Positions 18,301-27,466 are shown, counted from the first letter of the stretch. The stretch: DNA of 45,599 bases from a virus (IMGVR_UViG_3300017911_001692:1-45599), one strand, 5' to 3'. Translations and numbers: made by a program. Notes: a model not told the origin generated them from the letters alone.

Positions 18301-21300
18301 GCCCGAACTTGCTCTTCGACTTCTTCCCTGGCGGCCTTGTATTCCTTGCTATTGCGCTTGTTGATCTGGTCTATAAATTTGCGATACAGCTTTTCTCTTG
18401 CCAGCTCGCCAGCCTTGCGCGCCTGATCTTCGTATTTCGCCACAAGCTCCTCGTCCATGAGGCCGCTCATTGTGCTGGATAGGTTGCGTGTGTATTCCTG
18501 CTGCGCCGCGCTGATCTCGTCATCCGTAGCCAACATGGCGTCAAAGACTTCACGGGCTTTAGAATTGAGCTTAGGCAAAGGAAGATTGCGATAGACGTCA
18601 GTGAACCAGGCCTTGAACGTCCGGAACACGGCACGCATGCCACGCGTGGGCGCCTTGCCTTCCATGAGATACACTTCGAAGCTCTCGGCAAAGGTCTCGT
18701 GTTGCTGCGTGGTAAATGGCTTGCCTTCCTCGGCCCCCAGCCATTCGCGGATGTCTTTCATCTGCTGTGTGATAAACGCGTTCTGGCCGTCATCCAGAGA
18801 CCGGTATATCTCTAGGAAGATGTGAGCGCTTTCATGCAGGAAGGATGTCTTGTCAGCCGCCTCAGTCAGCCGGACAAGGACATCTTTGTCAGATAGGATA
18901 TCAGCAGGATCGAAGGTGACGGAAGCGCGTGGGCCTTGGCCTTCCTGCTGGAATAGTGTAAAGCCCTCACGCTTGACGCGACCGCGCATCTCTGGCGTCA
19001 GCTCAATAATCCAGTAACCTTCTGTGTCTGACCAGCCACCAGCTTCAGCCCACGCCTCAAGCTCTTGAACAAAGTTATCAGCTATTTCGCCCGTGTGGTT
19101 CCGCTTAACATCTTCTGTGCGCCACACTACGTCCTCAATGTTATTGGCTTCCAAATCTGCACGAAGGTCCGCCCCATCCTCGCCCAAAGCCTCATAAGCC
19201 TTAACATACATGTCTGTTCGGGTTTTGCGGCTTTCTATCGGCTCACCGTCGAAGTCCATGTGCTTGGCCTTGGCGCCGAGCAGCTTCTGAGCGGCCTTGA
19301 CCATCTTCTTGTCATACATGTTTTCATACAGCTCAGAATAGCGATCAGACCAGCGGTTTTTGACCACCTGTGCATCAGCCCAAGCAATGGCGTCCTTGCC
19401 CTCGCCGACCGCTTGCAGGATCATTTTCTTAATGAGCAGATTAATCCATGCGTCACCTTTGAATGGGGCATCTGGGACTGGTCTACTCAGCGCTGTTAAG
19501 CCCTTCTCCGCCGCCTGCGCCTTTTTATCCATCATGCGGTGGACATTTAGACGTTCAACAACAGCGCTGATATAAGTTTGCATGTCCGCGCTCAGGCTTA
19601 TGTTTGTACCGGAAAAAACATGCGAGAGGTCTGCGCGATGACCAAATCGAACAGGATCTGTAAAATTCTCAGCGAATGATTCGAATGTAGCACGGTCTGT
19701 CCAGAGCGCCAGTTCGAACTCATCCAGTGTAGCATCGGTTTCCGTATCATTCAGAGGCACCCCGTTTACAAACTCAACGCCCATATCCTTCAGGGCATAA
19801 GAAAGTAAATTTTCTTTTTTGCCATACTCCACGGACAACCGCTGAAAAGCAGCTTCTGATTTCTCTCGCAGCGCCTCAGACCTTTCCTTCAGCTCCCCCA
19901 TGGCCCGCTTATTCAGTTCCACCATCGCTTGCGCTTTGGCCCGATCTTTTTCATTATCATAAATGCCCCTGCGCCCCTGCTGATGCCAGTCGGATTGGGC
20001 TTCGTCGATGAAGAGAGCGTCAGCATCGTTTAGCCACCGATCAGTCGTTCGCGCCCACGCGACAATATTAGGATCAGCAAAGTGAGATTTTTCAACAAAA
20101 TCGCCCGGCACATCGGGAAGCGTTATCTTAAATTCACGGTAATTCTCATAGTCACCTTTTGTTACATAGTCCTCCCACTGAGCGCGCTCACCAACGCCTT
20201 CTTCGTCACCTATAAGACCTTCTTCTGAGGCCCATTCACGGGCTTGAATTTCTGCCTCTTCTTGAGACCAAATATCACTTCGTACAACGCTATTGTCCAT
20301 CATGTTTGTTCGGACATCCCAGCCTGAATCATCATTTCCAAACAGCATTGCGATCTGATAACCGTCTCCGTCCCTTACGGATATGATTTTTATCGGATTT
20401 CCAAGATATTCTTCTCTTGCCTCGCCTTCGGCACGATCTGACAAAATTACATCATGCCTTTCCTCAATCTCGTCAGCAAAGTTCTCACGAGCATATTCGA
20501 GGATTGCCTCCCCGCTGGCGTCTTCGCCAAGCGCGTTTTTAATATATTCCTGTTCCTCATCGGCAATTTCTTTTGCCGCTTGTTCAGATAGCGCTGGTTC
20601 GCCAAGCAGGTATTGATAATGACCTTCAATCAGCCATTCCCACGCTTCAGGATCATCCCATGTTTCAGCCTCGCCAAAAGTGACGATGCCACCCCCGCTA
20701 TCCCCATCTGTTGTGGCCTCTATTGTTTCGACGCGAACACCCCTTTTCTGGATAGCGCTAACAATGTCCGCTTTTTCAAAAACAAGAGGGCCATCAATTT
20801 CAGCTGCTTCGTGTTCTTCTTTGCGGGCTTGAAGCATATCCAGGATGCCTGTCCACTCAAGCTCCTCCCTTTTAACGCCTTTCAAGTTTTCAATCGTTTT
20901 GACCCATTGATCGACAGGTGCCCGATCCATGTTAATTTCGGAAACCTTGCGCTCAAGAGCTGAGTAAAAGCCGTCACTTATAATGTCCTGCTGGAATAGT
21001 GTCAGCATATCACTGGTCAGCGGTGGCAGTTTCTCGCCGCTTGCGATGGCCTTTTCGATACGCTTGGCCATATAGTCCCGCGTGATCTGGTCATTCGCCA
21101 GAGCCGACAAGGCGGCGTCAATCTCGTCACGCAGATAGAACTTGCCATCAGAGCCCACAAAGCCTGATTGGCCATCCTCGCCATTGATATTGCGCAGAGG
21201 CCGCCCGATGGCCTTCTCGGCCTTGATCGCCGCCTCGCCATGATCTCTGCCAGTGTAGACCTGTCCTTCGACACGCACGGCAGCATAACGCAGGCTTGGA

Positions 21301-24300
21301 GCCTTGCCGCCCTGAAATAGTTCTCTTTCTTGGCTTAATTTTTCTTCAATGTCTTCTGCGACTTCTCTTGTGCCGCTTTCAGTACCAATCGCATCGAGGC
21401 CGAGTTCAGACCCTCCCAGGGTTTTCTCTGTGGCAGAACCTCGATCACCTTCGATGATTTTTCTGGCTGTTTCTTCATAGCTAATATCCGCAGTCGCCCG
21501 CGCCCCTAGTTCTGCATAAAGTCGTTTTTCATAATACCACAACACAGCTTGTATGTCAGCAAGCGTAAGGTCAACCCCACGTTCTGACAGCTTTTCTTGC
21601 GCACGAATAGTGGTGTTGACCATAAACTCTCTATCAGACGCATTAAATGGCTGATCTTCCAGTCCCTCAAATGCAGCTTTATATAGCGTGTTCGCAGCCT
21701 TTTCGATCTCGGTTCCGTTCTTGTACCCCTTAGCCTTGTACGACCGAACGTAATCCACAGTACGTGCAAGCGCCTCGTCATCTGTCATAAGCTCTGGCGG
21801 TTCGCTTAGGCGCTGATCTTGGCTGACCAATATTTTAAACCGCGCAAGTCCGGCTTCAGTTGGTTGAGTTAAAAGCGTACCGCGATAACGGTTAAATGTG
21901 CGCGACCACCACCGGTCCATTGTCAGGTAGCCCGCCTCACCCATTAGGTTGGCGTAAAATGCGCCCAGTTTCGGACCAAAAACTACAGCAGCATATGGTA
22001 GTTCCATATTTGCTTTGTAAGCGGTTGAAAATGATTGTCCGCTTTCCTTGGCAATTTTTTTCAGATTGGAAATCGTGTCTGTCTTAAGCAGTTGCGTTGC
22101 CAGATTGTCTGGGCCAAGATCATCCAACGCAGTTTGAATATTTTTCAAGTTGATCTGCATAGACTTGTTTCGCTCGCCGCCAAATGTAACCTGGTGGTCA
22201 ATTCGGCCCGTTTCGCGAAAGCCGCGCATCACATCCACGGCAAAGCGGAAATTTTGCTCCACTTTTGCGCCATCGGACGTGATCGCGATCAAAGCTGTAA
22301 AGAAATCACGGGCATTCTGCTGCGTGCCTAGCAATTTCACGCCTGGCTTGGAAAAATCCATATCCCCAACAAGCTCAGGAAAAACATCACCAAACACGTC
22401 TAAGGCGGTCTGAAATTTTTGGCTATACCAGCCGACCGCTGACTTTTCTGGATTTAGTGCGGCCTGCTCAACCTCAAACATGACCTCTTCCACAGCGAAG
22501 TCAGCAATCTTTTCAGACGCTTCATCAGAATAATCACCGCGCTCAATAGTGCCATATTTTTCTCGCTGTCGGCGCTCAAGCGCCAAGGCAACGTCGCGTG
22601 TCTTGGGTATGCGCTCTTTTGACGGGACATTTAAAACTTCCTCCCCGCGACGTATTGCAGCGCTCTGAAATAGTATCCTTGGATCATTCGGATCAAACGT
22701 GCCGCGATTGTTGACTGATTTAATTTGTGTGGGGTCGAAAGCGACAATTTCACCGCCTGTATCGATCCCGTCATAACCTTGAGATTTGAGTATATCTATA
22801 GAAGAAACACCGCTTGCCGTAGCCTCGGCCTCGGCTTCAGAAGCAATGTTTTCTGGCGCAGGATTTTTGATATTTACATATACCGGGTAAACCGCGCCGA
22901 CAGTTTCATCAGCAGGGTCAGCATAAAAAGACGCTTCGTTAGCGTCCCTTGTTAAATAAATTCCTTGGCCATACGTACCGCCTTCAGACACTTGGAAAGC
23001 GTCAATATCTGCTCTTGTCCCATGATAAACCACTAGTGGCTCACCAGCTTCGTCGACAACCTTGCTATCTCCAAACCACCGCTTAAAGTTTTCGTCCCGG
23101 TTGATCACGCCAGACTGGTCATAGGTGATGCCATCTTCGTCTATCTCAGTCGTAAAAGCCCTGTCTTTTGCCCCTAACTGACTTTTTAAAGTCTTTACTT
23201 TTTGAGGGAACGCACTTCCATTTTCCCCTATAAGCAAAACAGGAATTTTTTTTATCCCTAATCGCTTTGCCGCCAAAGCTCTATGCCTGCCATCATGGCT
23301 ATCAATTTTCCCGTCCTGCATAACGCTTAACCGTGGGGGGTCAATTTTGCGCCCGCTAAGCATTATTTCAGCAATATCGTCTATATTTTCTTTAGAGTCT
23401 TGATCAATATATAATTCAGCAGATAAACCCAAAAACTGATCTGGCGTCATCTCTACAAACTTGCCGCCAATCTCTTTATAGTTAGAAAATTCATATTCAG
23501 GCGGGATGGCCGCAGGATATTCTTTTAATTGTTTATCTTCTGGTTTTTTTGTTTCTTTATTTTTAGATGCTTGCTTTTTGCCCCACTCGATCAATTCTTC
23601 TAATTCTTCCAAGTCTTGAATATTGACTTGAAATAATTCAGCCTCAGGCTCGGCTTGTGTCTCCTCGGCCATGAGCACCTTGACGATCTCGTCATTCGTC
23701 ATGGTGTTGAGATCAAGGCCGCGCTCGTCTAAACGGTTCTCCAAGTCGAGCAGCGTCTCACGCCGCGCCGCACGCCTCTCGTCGCGGTTCTCTGGCCTGT
23801 AATATGGCTGACCGCTTGTCAGGATTGCCTCAAGCTCGTTGAGGCTTGGCCGCTCCTGGAAAAAGCCCTTGTCCAGCGCCATACCGCCAAACTCGTCAAG
23901 GGGCCCATCCTCTTTCACGCCGCGCTTGAGAAAGCCCTCTTTATCGTACAGGCCAGCCGTGCGCGCCATGCTCTGCAGTGTGCTGCCATACGACGCCCGC
24001 TCTGACGGGATCGCACCGCGGCGCAGATCATCCAGATCAATGTCAAGCTGACCCACTTGGCGACGCGGCTCAGGGCCTCGCATTTGCAATCTGAGCTTTT
24101 CAAAGATTTGCTGTTCATCAAGCCCAGCCTCAGACAGTCGCTTGTAAAAAGCGCCCCAGAGCTTGCCAGCCTTCGCCGCCACTTCGGGTGGCTGGTTTTG
24201 CTCTTGCATCATCTGAGTGACTTGGCGCTCGACATTCTCAAAGCCCTCAAGCGCCAGATCTTCTTCGTTTAGACTGGCGATCAGTTCATCATGATCGACC

Positions 24301-25778
24301 TGCAGCGCTTCATTGAAGGCTTCATTCGCAGCCTCGACCAGCGTCAGCTCGCCTTCATGCGTGCGAGTGATAGACACGATCTCGTCAAAGTTATTTTTGA
24401 CCACAAGGATTTTTGCGGCCTCGACTTCAATATCATTGCCCGCCAAGGCTTGCTGGATCTGTTCATCAGTCAGACCCATGTCGCGTAAGGTCTGCAGGCC
24501 CTCAGCCGACTGCATAAGCTCGACAACACCCGCATCATCGAGCAGGACAGTCTCGCCATTTGTGGCCTGACGGATAAACTGTTCGACAGTCTCACGCTTG
24601 CGCTCATAGGCTGGTGTGGCCTCAACAGCCTCGCGCAGATCAGACATATTTTTCTGAAAGTTTTGTGCGTTCAGTTGTTTCTGACGGCCCGGCAAGGTCG
24701 CCTCGACCAAGGCCTGAAACACCGCCGCAGATGTGCCAGCTACTGTCGCGGACTCAATCGCGCCTTCAAACAGCCTCGCCTCTGGATCATACCCCTGTGC
24801 CACCATGTTCTGGGCGATATTCTCAAACGCCTCTTGAATAGCTTCCTCGCCCGCCTGCCCGGCAATGCGAGACATGATGCCGCCCGCAAGACGATTGCGC
24901 ACAGAGCGCGGCAACACCTTCAAGACAGAGCCAAGACGCAAGGCCTCAGAGCCGCCCGTGATGCCCGCGCCCATAGCAAGGTCCATCGGCCTGCTGGCTG
25001 GATCGATGCCAAGCGCCCGCATTCTCTGGGCCTGCTGATCAGCACCGGCACCCGCAAACAGGGCCATCGTCGCAGCCTGCCCGCCCGGCAAAAACGAAAT
25101 ACCCACCGCGCCCGCAATCTGGCCCAAGCCCTCGGCGACCTGATCGACAAAGCCCTGCTCCTCTGGCCGGATAATATCAGCCAGCTCCGCAACGCCGCCG
25201 CCCACATCCATAAGAATATTGTCCCCAGGGGCTTCGTATGTTTCCTCCAGCCCGCTGGCTATGCCGAGCGTTGCTTGTATCTCCTCGGCTGTTCTATATG
25301 TCTCACCAATACCCCGCACGCCCGTGCCCACCAAGCTGGCAGCGCCCGCAGCGACAGAGCGCGGAACGTCAGTGATCTCTGCCAAAGCACCCCGGCCCGG
25401 CGACAAATCCTGCAATCTCCTCTCAAGCTCAGCCAGCTCAGCCACGCTATCAGAAGTCATGATTGCATTTTGGGGATCGGCCATAAATGTGGACAAGGCG
25501 GTCGAATTTATAAGCGCTTCTTGCTGGCGCTTGCGAGCCCTCTCAGCCTCATATTCTTTTTGCTTCCGCAATGTATATGGCAGCGGCACACCGAACTCTT
25601 GCGAGCTTTCGATGGCGCTTACCCCAGCCTCTGGCGTGACATCCCGGAAGACTTTCAGATTAGTGATCGCCTCTCTCTGGCGCTCAAGAGCCAGATCGGT
25701 GAACATTTCATCCACAGTAGGAATTTTTTCTTTTTTCTCTGCCTGTAATTCGGCGAATAGATTATCAATTTTCGACAC
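15312..25778 (-). CDS. Giant (~3,490 aa) internal virion / ejection protein, polyvalent, with multiple enzyme-like domains
   Basis: Position of T7 gp16; DGRHR ParB-like, VVYHGT/GIYLT ART-like, GPK/TMDRW glycosylase-like and LHESAH zincin motifs; GTG 25778 is the likely start (ORF open from 25814). Confidence 0.85.
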   Translation of the reverse strand: MSKIDNLFAELQAEKKEKIPTVDEMFTDLALERQREAITNLKVFRDVTPEAGVSAIESSQEFGVPLPYTLRKQKEYEAERARKRQQEALINSTALSTFMADPQNAIMTSDSVAELAELERRLQDLSPGRGALAEITDVPRSVAAGAASLVGTGVRGIGETYRTAEEIQATLGIASGLEETYEAPGDNILMDVGGGVAELADIIRPEEQGFVDQVAEGLGQIAGAVGISFLPGGQAATMALFAGAGADQQAQRMRALGIDPASRPMDLAMGAGITGGSEALRLGSVLKVLPRSVRNRLAGGIMSRIAGQAGEEAIQEAFENIAQNMVAQGYDPEARLFEGAIESATVAGTSAAVFQALVEATLPGRQKQLNAQNFQKNMSDLREAVEATPAYERKRETVEQFIRQATNGETVLLDDAGVVELMQSAEGLQTLRDMGLTDEQIQQALAGNDIEVEAAKILVVKNNFDEIVSITRTHEGELTLVEAANEAFNEALQVDHDELIASLNEEDLALEGFENVERQVTQMMQEQNQPPEVAAKAGKLWGAFYKRLSEAGLDEQQIFEKLRLQMRGPEPRRQVGQLDIDLDDLRRGAIPSERASYGSTLQSMARTAGLYDKEGFLKRGVKEDGPLDEFGGMALDKGFFQERPSLNELEAILTSGQPYYRPENRDERRAARRETLLDLENRLDERGLDLNTMTNDEIVKVLMAEETQAEPEAELFQVNIQDLEELEELIEWGKKQASKNKETKKPEDKQLKEYPAAIPPEYEFSNYKEIGGKFVEMTPDQFLGLSAELYIDQDSKENIDDIAEIMLSGRKIDPPRLSVMQDGKIDSHDGRHRALAAKRLGIKKIPVLLIGENGSAFPQKVKTLKSQLGAKDRAFTTEIDEDGITYDQSGVINRDENFKRWFGDSKVVDEAGEPLVVYHGTRADIDAFQVSEGGTYGQGIYLTRDANEASFYADPADETVGAVYPVYVNIKNPAPENIASEAEAEATASGVSSIDILKSQGYDGIDTGGEIVAFDPTQIKSVNNRGTFDPNDPRILFQSAAIRRGEEVLNVPSKERIPKTRDVALALERRQREKYGTIERGDYSDEASEKIADFAVEEVMFEVEQAALNPEKSAVGWYSQKFQTALDVFGDVFPELVGDMDFSKPGVKLLGTQQNARDFFTALIAITSDGAKVEQNFRFAVDVMRGFRETGRIDHQVTFGGERNKSMQINLKNIQTALDDLGPDNLATQLLKTDTISNLKKIAKESGQSFSTAYKANMELPYAAVVFGPKLGAFYANLMGEAGYLTMDRWWSRTFNRYRGTLLTQPTEAGLARFKILVSQDQRLSEPPELMTDDEALARTVDYVRSYKAKGYKNGTEIEKAANTLYKAAFEGLEDQPFNASDREFMVNTTIRAQEKLSERGVDLTLADIQAVLWYYEKRLYAELGARATADISYEETARKIIEGDRGSATEKTLGGSELGLDAIGTESGTREVAEDIEEKLSQERELFQGGKAPSLRYAAVRVEGQVYTGRDHGEAAIKAEKAIGRPLRNINGEDGQSGFVGSDGKFYLRDEIDAALSALANDQITRDYMAKRIEKAIASGEKLPPLTSDMLTLFQQDIISDGFYSALERKVSEINMDRAPVDQWVKTIENLKGVKREELEWTGILDMLQARKEEHEAAEIDGPLVFEKADIVSAIQKRGVRVETIEATTDGDSGGGIVTFGEAETWDDPEAWEWLIEGHYQYLLGEPALSEQAAKEIADEEQEYIKNALGEDASGEAILEYARENFADEIEERHDVILSDRAEGEAREEYLGNPIKIISVRDGDGYQIAMLFGNDDSGWDVRTNMMDNSVVRSDIWSQEEAEIQAREWASEEGLIGDEEGVGERAQWEDYVTKGDYENYREFKITLPDVPGDFVEKSHFADPNIVAWARTTDRWLNDADALFIDEAQSDWHQQGRRGIYDNEKDRAKAQAMVELNKRAMGELKERSEALREKSEAAFQRLSVEYGKKENLLSYALKDMGVEFVNGVPLNDTETDATLDEFELALWTDRATFESFAENFTDPVRFGHRADLSHVFSGTNISLSADMQTYISAVVERLNVHRMMDKKAQAAEKGLTALSRPVPDAPFKGDAWINLLIKKMILQAVGEGKDAIAWADAQVVKNRWSDRYSELYENMYDKKMVKAAQKLLGAKAKHMDFDGEPIESRKTRTDMYVKAYEALGEDGADLRADLEANNIEDVVWRTEDVKRNHTGEIADNFVQELEAWAEAGGWSDTEGYWIIELTPEMRGRVKREGFTLFQQEGQGPRASVTFDPADILSDKDVLVRLTEAADKTSFLHESAHIFLEIYRSLDDGQNAFITQQMKDIREWLGAEEGKPFTTQQHETFAESFEVYLMEGKAPTRGMRAVFRTFKAWFTDVYRNLPLPKLNSKAREVFDAMLATDDEISAAQQEYTRNLSSTMSGLMDEELVAKYEDQARKAGELAREKLYRKFIDQINKRNSKEYKAAREEVEEQVRADVEARPPYRAFIALTTTDEQIDTKVIEQMRGKSAVAKIPRSKRGVHKKGGAHPDFVASKYGFTSGDAMLTALIGLRPIKETIAAEVEAELKRRFGDIENDGTAQREAIAAVFNEPSIKMMEAERDVLAQQAGKQPIPLEVFKQEAERRIRTMPIKDVIKPGRYAIKARDLHKRSIRSAANGKWDQALRETHQAMLQHELARRAFKAQDEVRRVKAYLKRSQRSMQKKGAEKRIASKYREQIIALLNLPGQPQQSEVLSQLQAFEKAQQADGKPVSLSGIDKPIPDLRDMSMDQLRDYRDNVKNLTKVGRDMSEEARVAKVKVAAELGDEVVKTWGSRNLKRMGGQRTVKTRGEKIRDWVRRKDAEVMRIPFIAEMWQGGKKGKLIDFFDIKLRMAMGQRNKHMADLDRQYVEILERHNITQSELHRVVSVPELTPVGDVKFEALLAVLLNMGSDGNVSRLLGDRMIAIDKKEDLIALLEQHLEKRHFDAAQEIWALIDTLRAPAFEQERKLTGVTPKRVDPTALVTSHGTYAGGYYPLRYDPELNRDITEKNAKEMWAQRVAGVASKAQTKQGFLKEREANSERPLHLSLSVAMEHFQEATTDIYLREPITQIWDVLKREQFANAVESTFGGAYLKAMETMLKRTAAGTQPPTSDVEKLLRGARVNATVAILGNNVVTAVLAPISYTQTVLTRYSAITVGRGMVSYYGNVVRANKLINEKSSFMRERTQNINREAHERITKQPFSSAYSRFQGSGFWLMASIEKATVSGPLWMGVYEQAIMEGKSEAVAVAEADRAVSTTQGSGLEMDQSVLQGGNEMERLVTFMWGYVSSVYGNTRAELGQEGAKRKTLAMVKFIAMSVVISSAIEALLRNGFGDEEDPYVVNWLKMMWRNSIGVLPGAGTFFSRYDARPAAFSAGTSVVEAADAYYKTGETFFEDGELDGEQAGKALLRTFEALGFAAGVPGTVQLNKLERTLLKDDDPTIIEALITGPDDDN
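18943..21002. repeat. 17-bp perfect direct repeat tcctgctggaatagtgt (18943-18959 and 20986-21002) bounding a 681-codon module
   Basis: Identical sequence at both sites, each encoding TLFQQ on the minus strand. Confidence 0.9.
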
Positions 25779-27456
25779 GGTTTTTTTCCATTTGTGCCCG
25801 CACAAATTCACCAACGCGGTTTGGCGGTATAAGTTTGCCTTCTTCTACGGACCTAGACATGACCGCTTGATAGGCCTTCTCGACTTCTCTTTCGTCAAGC
25901 TGGCCATCGAAGACCAACTCAGTCACTATATTTCTGTGCTCAGGCAGGATGTCATCAAATTCAACAAGGCCAACAATAGTTGTCTTGTCGTTAAACAAGC
26001 CAGGCCTTGTGACGCGGACCTCTTTAGCAAGTCCGTTCATTACGTCTTGTTCTTCTTCATTGGTCAGAGGCGCGCCCTTCTCGGCCTCAGCCTGCTCAAG
26101 CAATGTGGTGGCACGCAAACGGAACCGCCCGCGTTCGTCCTTGTCTTCAATCCCTTGCTCGTCCATTAGCGCATTGATGACTGTATTTGTACCAATGGCA
26201 GGGTCTGGCCTACGATTTCGCTCATTAAGTACCTTGCTCTCAAGCCGACGATAATCATCTTCCGCCAGCTGCGAGCGCGCTTCCGTCAAGTCGACCTCTG
26301 CCAGATCGCGGCCCTGCAGGCTTATCTTGTCTTCGTAATAGGAAAAATTTGTTGTCGTGGCCAAACCCTGCCCACGCTCATAAGTAGCGCGCAGATATTT
26401 CCGGCTTTCATCACTCAGCGCCATATACACGCTTGGCGGCAATTCGTCAGGCGGCACGCCCTGACTGACCAAGCCGAAAGCCTGATCAAACACCGCTTCT
26501 GTGTTCTGCACCTTCTCGACTTTGCGCTCACTGACCAGCGTCTTGTATCGGGAGACAGCCTGATCCTGCAGGTCCTGATCACCTTCAAACTGGTCACGAA
26601 TGGCAATCGTTGCCTTGCGCACATCATCGCCATGCGTCCCATACATCTCAGTCGCGACCTCTTGCGAGCGCTGGCCTATCGTCGCCCGGTCGATCAGCTC
26701 GACTGCATTGGCGCGGTCAACGCCGGTCAGCTCGACTGTGTTCAGCAGACGTTGCGCAGTTTCAATGTCGTTCGTGTCAACAGCCGCGCTGATCGCAGTC
26801 AAACCAGTTTGAGATTTATATGCCTCAATCGCCGCGCCAATGGCTTGGGCGCTTTGCCCGACATTCGCCGCCCGTATGGCGCCGACACCCCGCGCAATAC
26901 TTTCACTGTAAGCCTCCGGATCGGTCCGGTTCTCGACAGCAGTCGTGGCAGCAGATACCGACATACCCTTAAAGGCGTTCTGATTGTAAGCCTCACGCTC
27001 GTCAAATTTGTGCGCCGTCATCTTATTGAGCACGCTGCGCCTGCGTGGCCCCCACAGTGACTCAAAAGCCGTCCGAGCACCCGGCGACATGTCCGCGACA
27101 ATGTCGTCGCCAATCTTCTTTAATTGCTCAGAATAATTATCGTATGACGTTTCAGGGTCGATGCCGTTCAATGCCAAATAGCCATTATCTCCGCGCAGAA
27201 GTTCCCGAACTTGGCCATCTGCTAAGTCATAAGCCGCAGCCGCGTCAGCCGCGTCATTCGTTTGCTGTATCTCCAAGGCCCGCCGTTCGATGGCCTGAGC
27301 CCGTTCGTCAGCCGCCCGGCCCACCGCCATGAGGCCCTCACCCGCAGCCGCCAAGCCACGAGCCTGAGCAGCGCCAAAAGCATCCGGCGACGCCTGCAGG
27401 TTTTGCCGCGCCTGGCTGGTCTGGATTGTCGCCGAGGAGAGTGGAACCTGTGGCAT
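25765..27456 (-). CDS. Internal virion / ejection protein (T7 gp15 position)
   Basis: Helical Ala-rich 563 aa; start MPQVP after AGGGG; gene order. Confidence 0.7.
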   Translation of the reverse strand: MPQVPLSSATIQTSQARQNLQASPDAFGAAQARGLAAAGEGLMAVGRAADERAQAIERRALEIQQTNDAADAAAAYDLADGQVRELLRGDNGYLALNGIDPETSYDNYSEQLKKIGDDIVADMSPGARTAFESLWGPRRRSVLNKMTAHKFDEREAYNQNAFKGMSVSAATTAVENRTDPEAYSESIARGVGAIRAANVGQSAQAIGAAIEAYKSQTGLTAISAAVDTNDIETAQRLLNTVELTGVDRANAVELIDRATIGQRSQEVATEMYGTHGDDVRKATIAIRDQFEGDQDLQDQAVSRYKTLVSERKVEKVQNTEAVFDQAFGLVSQGVPPDELPPSVYMALSDESRKYLRATYERGQGLATTTNFSYYEDKISLQGRDLAEVDLTEARSQLAEDDYRRLESKVLNERNRRPDPAIGTNTVINALMDEQGIEDKDERGRFRLRATTLLEQAEAEKGAPLTNEEEQDVMNGLAKEVRVTRPGLFNDKTTIVGLVEFDDILPEHRNIVTELVFDGQLDEREVEKAYQAVMSRSVEEGKLIPPNRVGEFVRAQMEKNRVEN

Positions 27457-27466
27457 TGTTTCGCCC

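Noticed and set aside
24663-26169. Long plus-strand ORFs (361 and 316 aa) opposite the ejection genes, and similar antisense ORFs elsewhere
   Set aside because: Shadow ORFs expected opposite GC-rich coding sequence; no motifs, RBS or operon context
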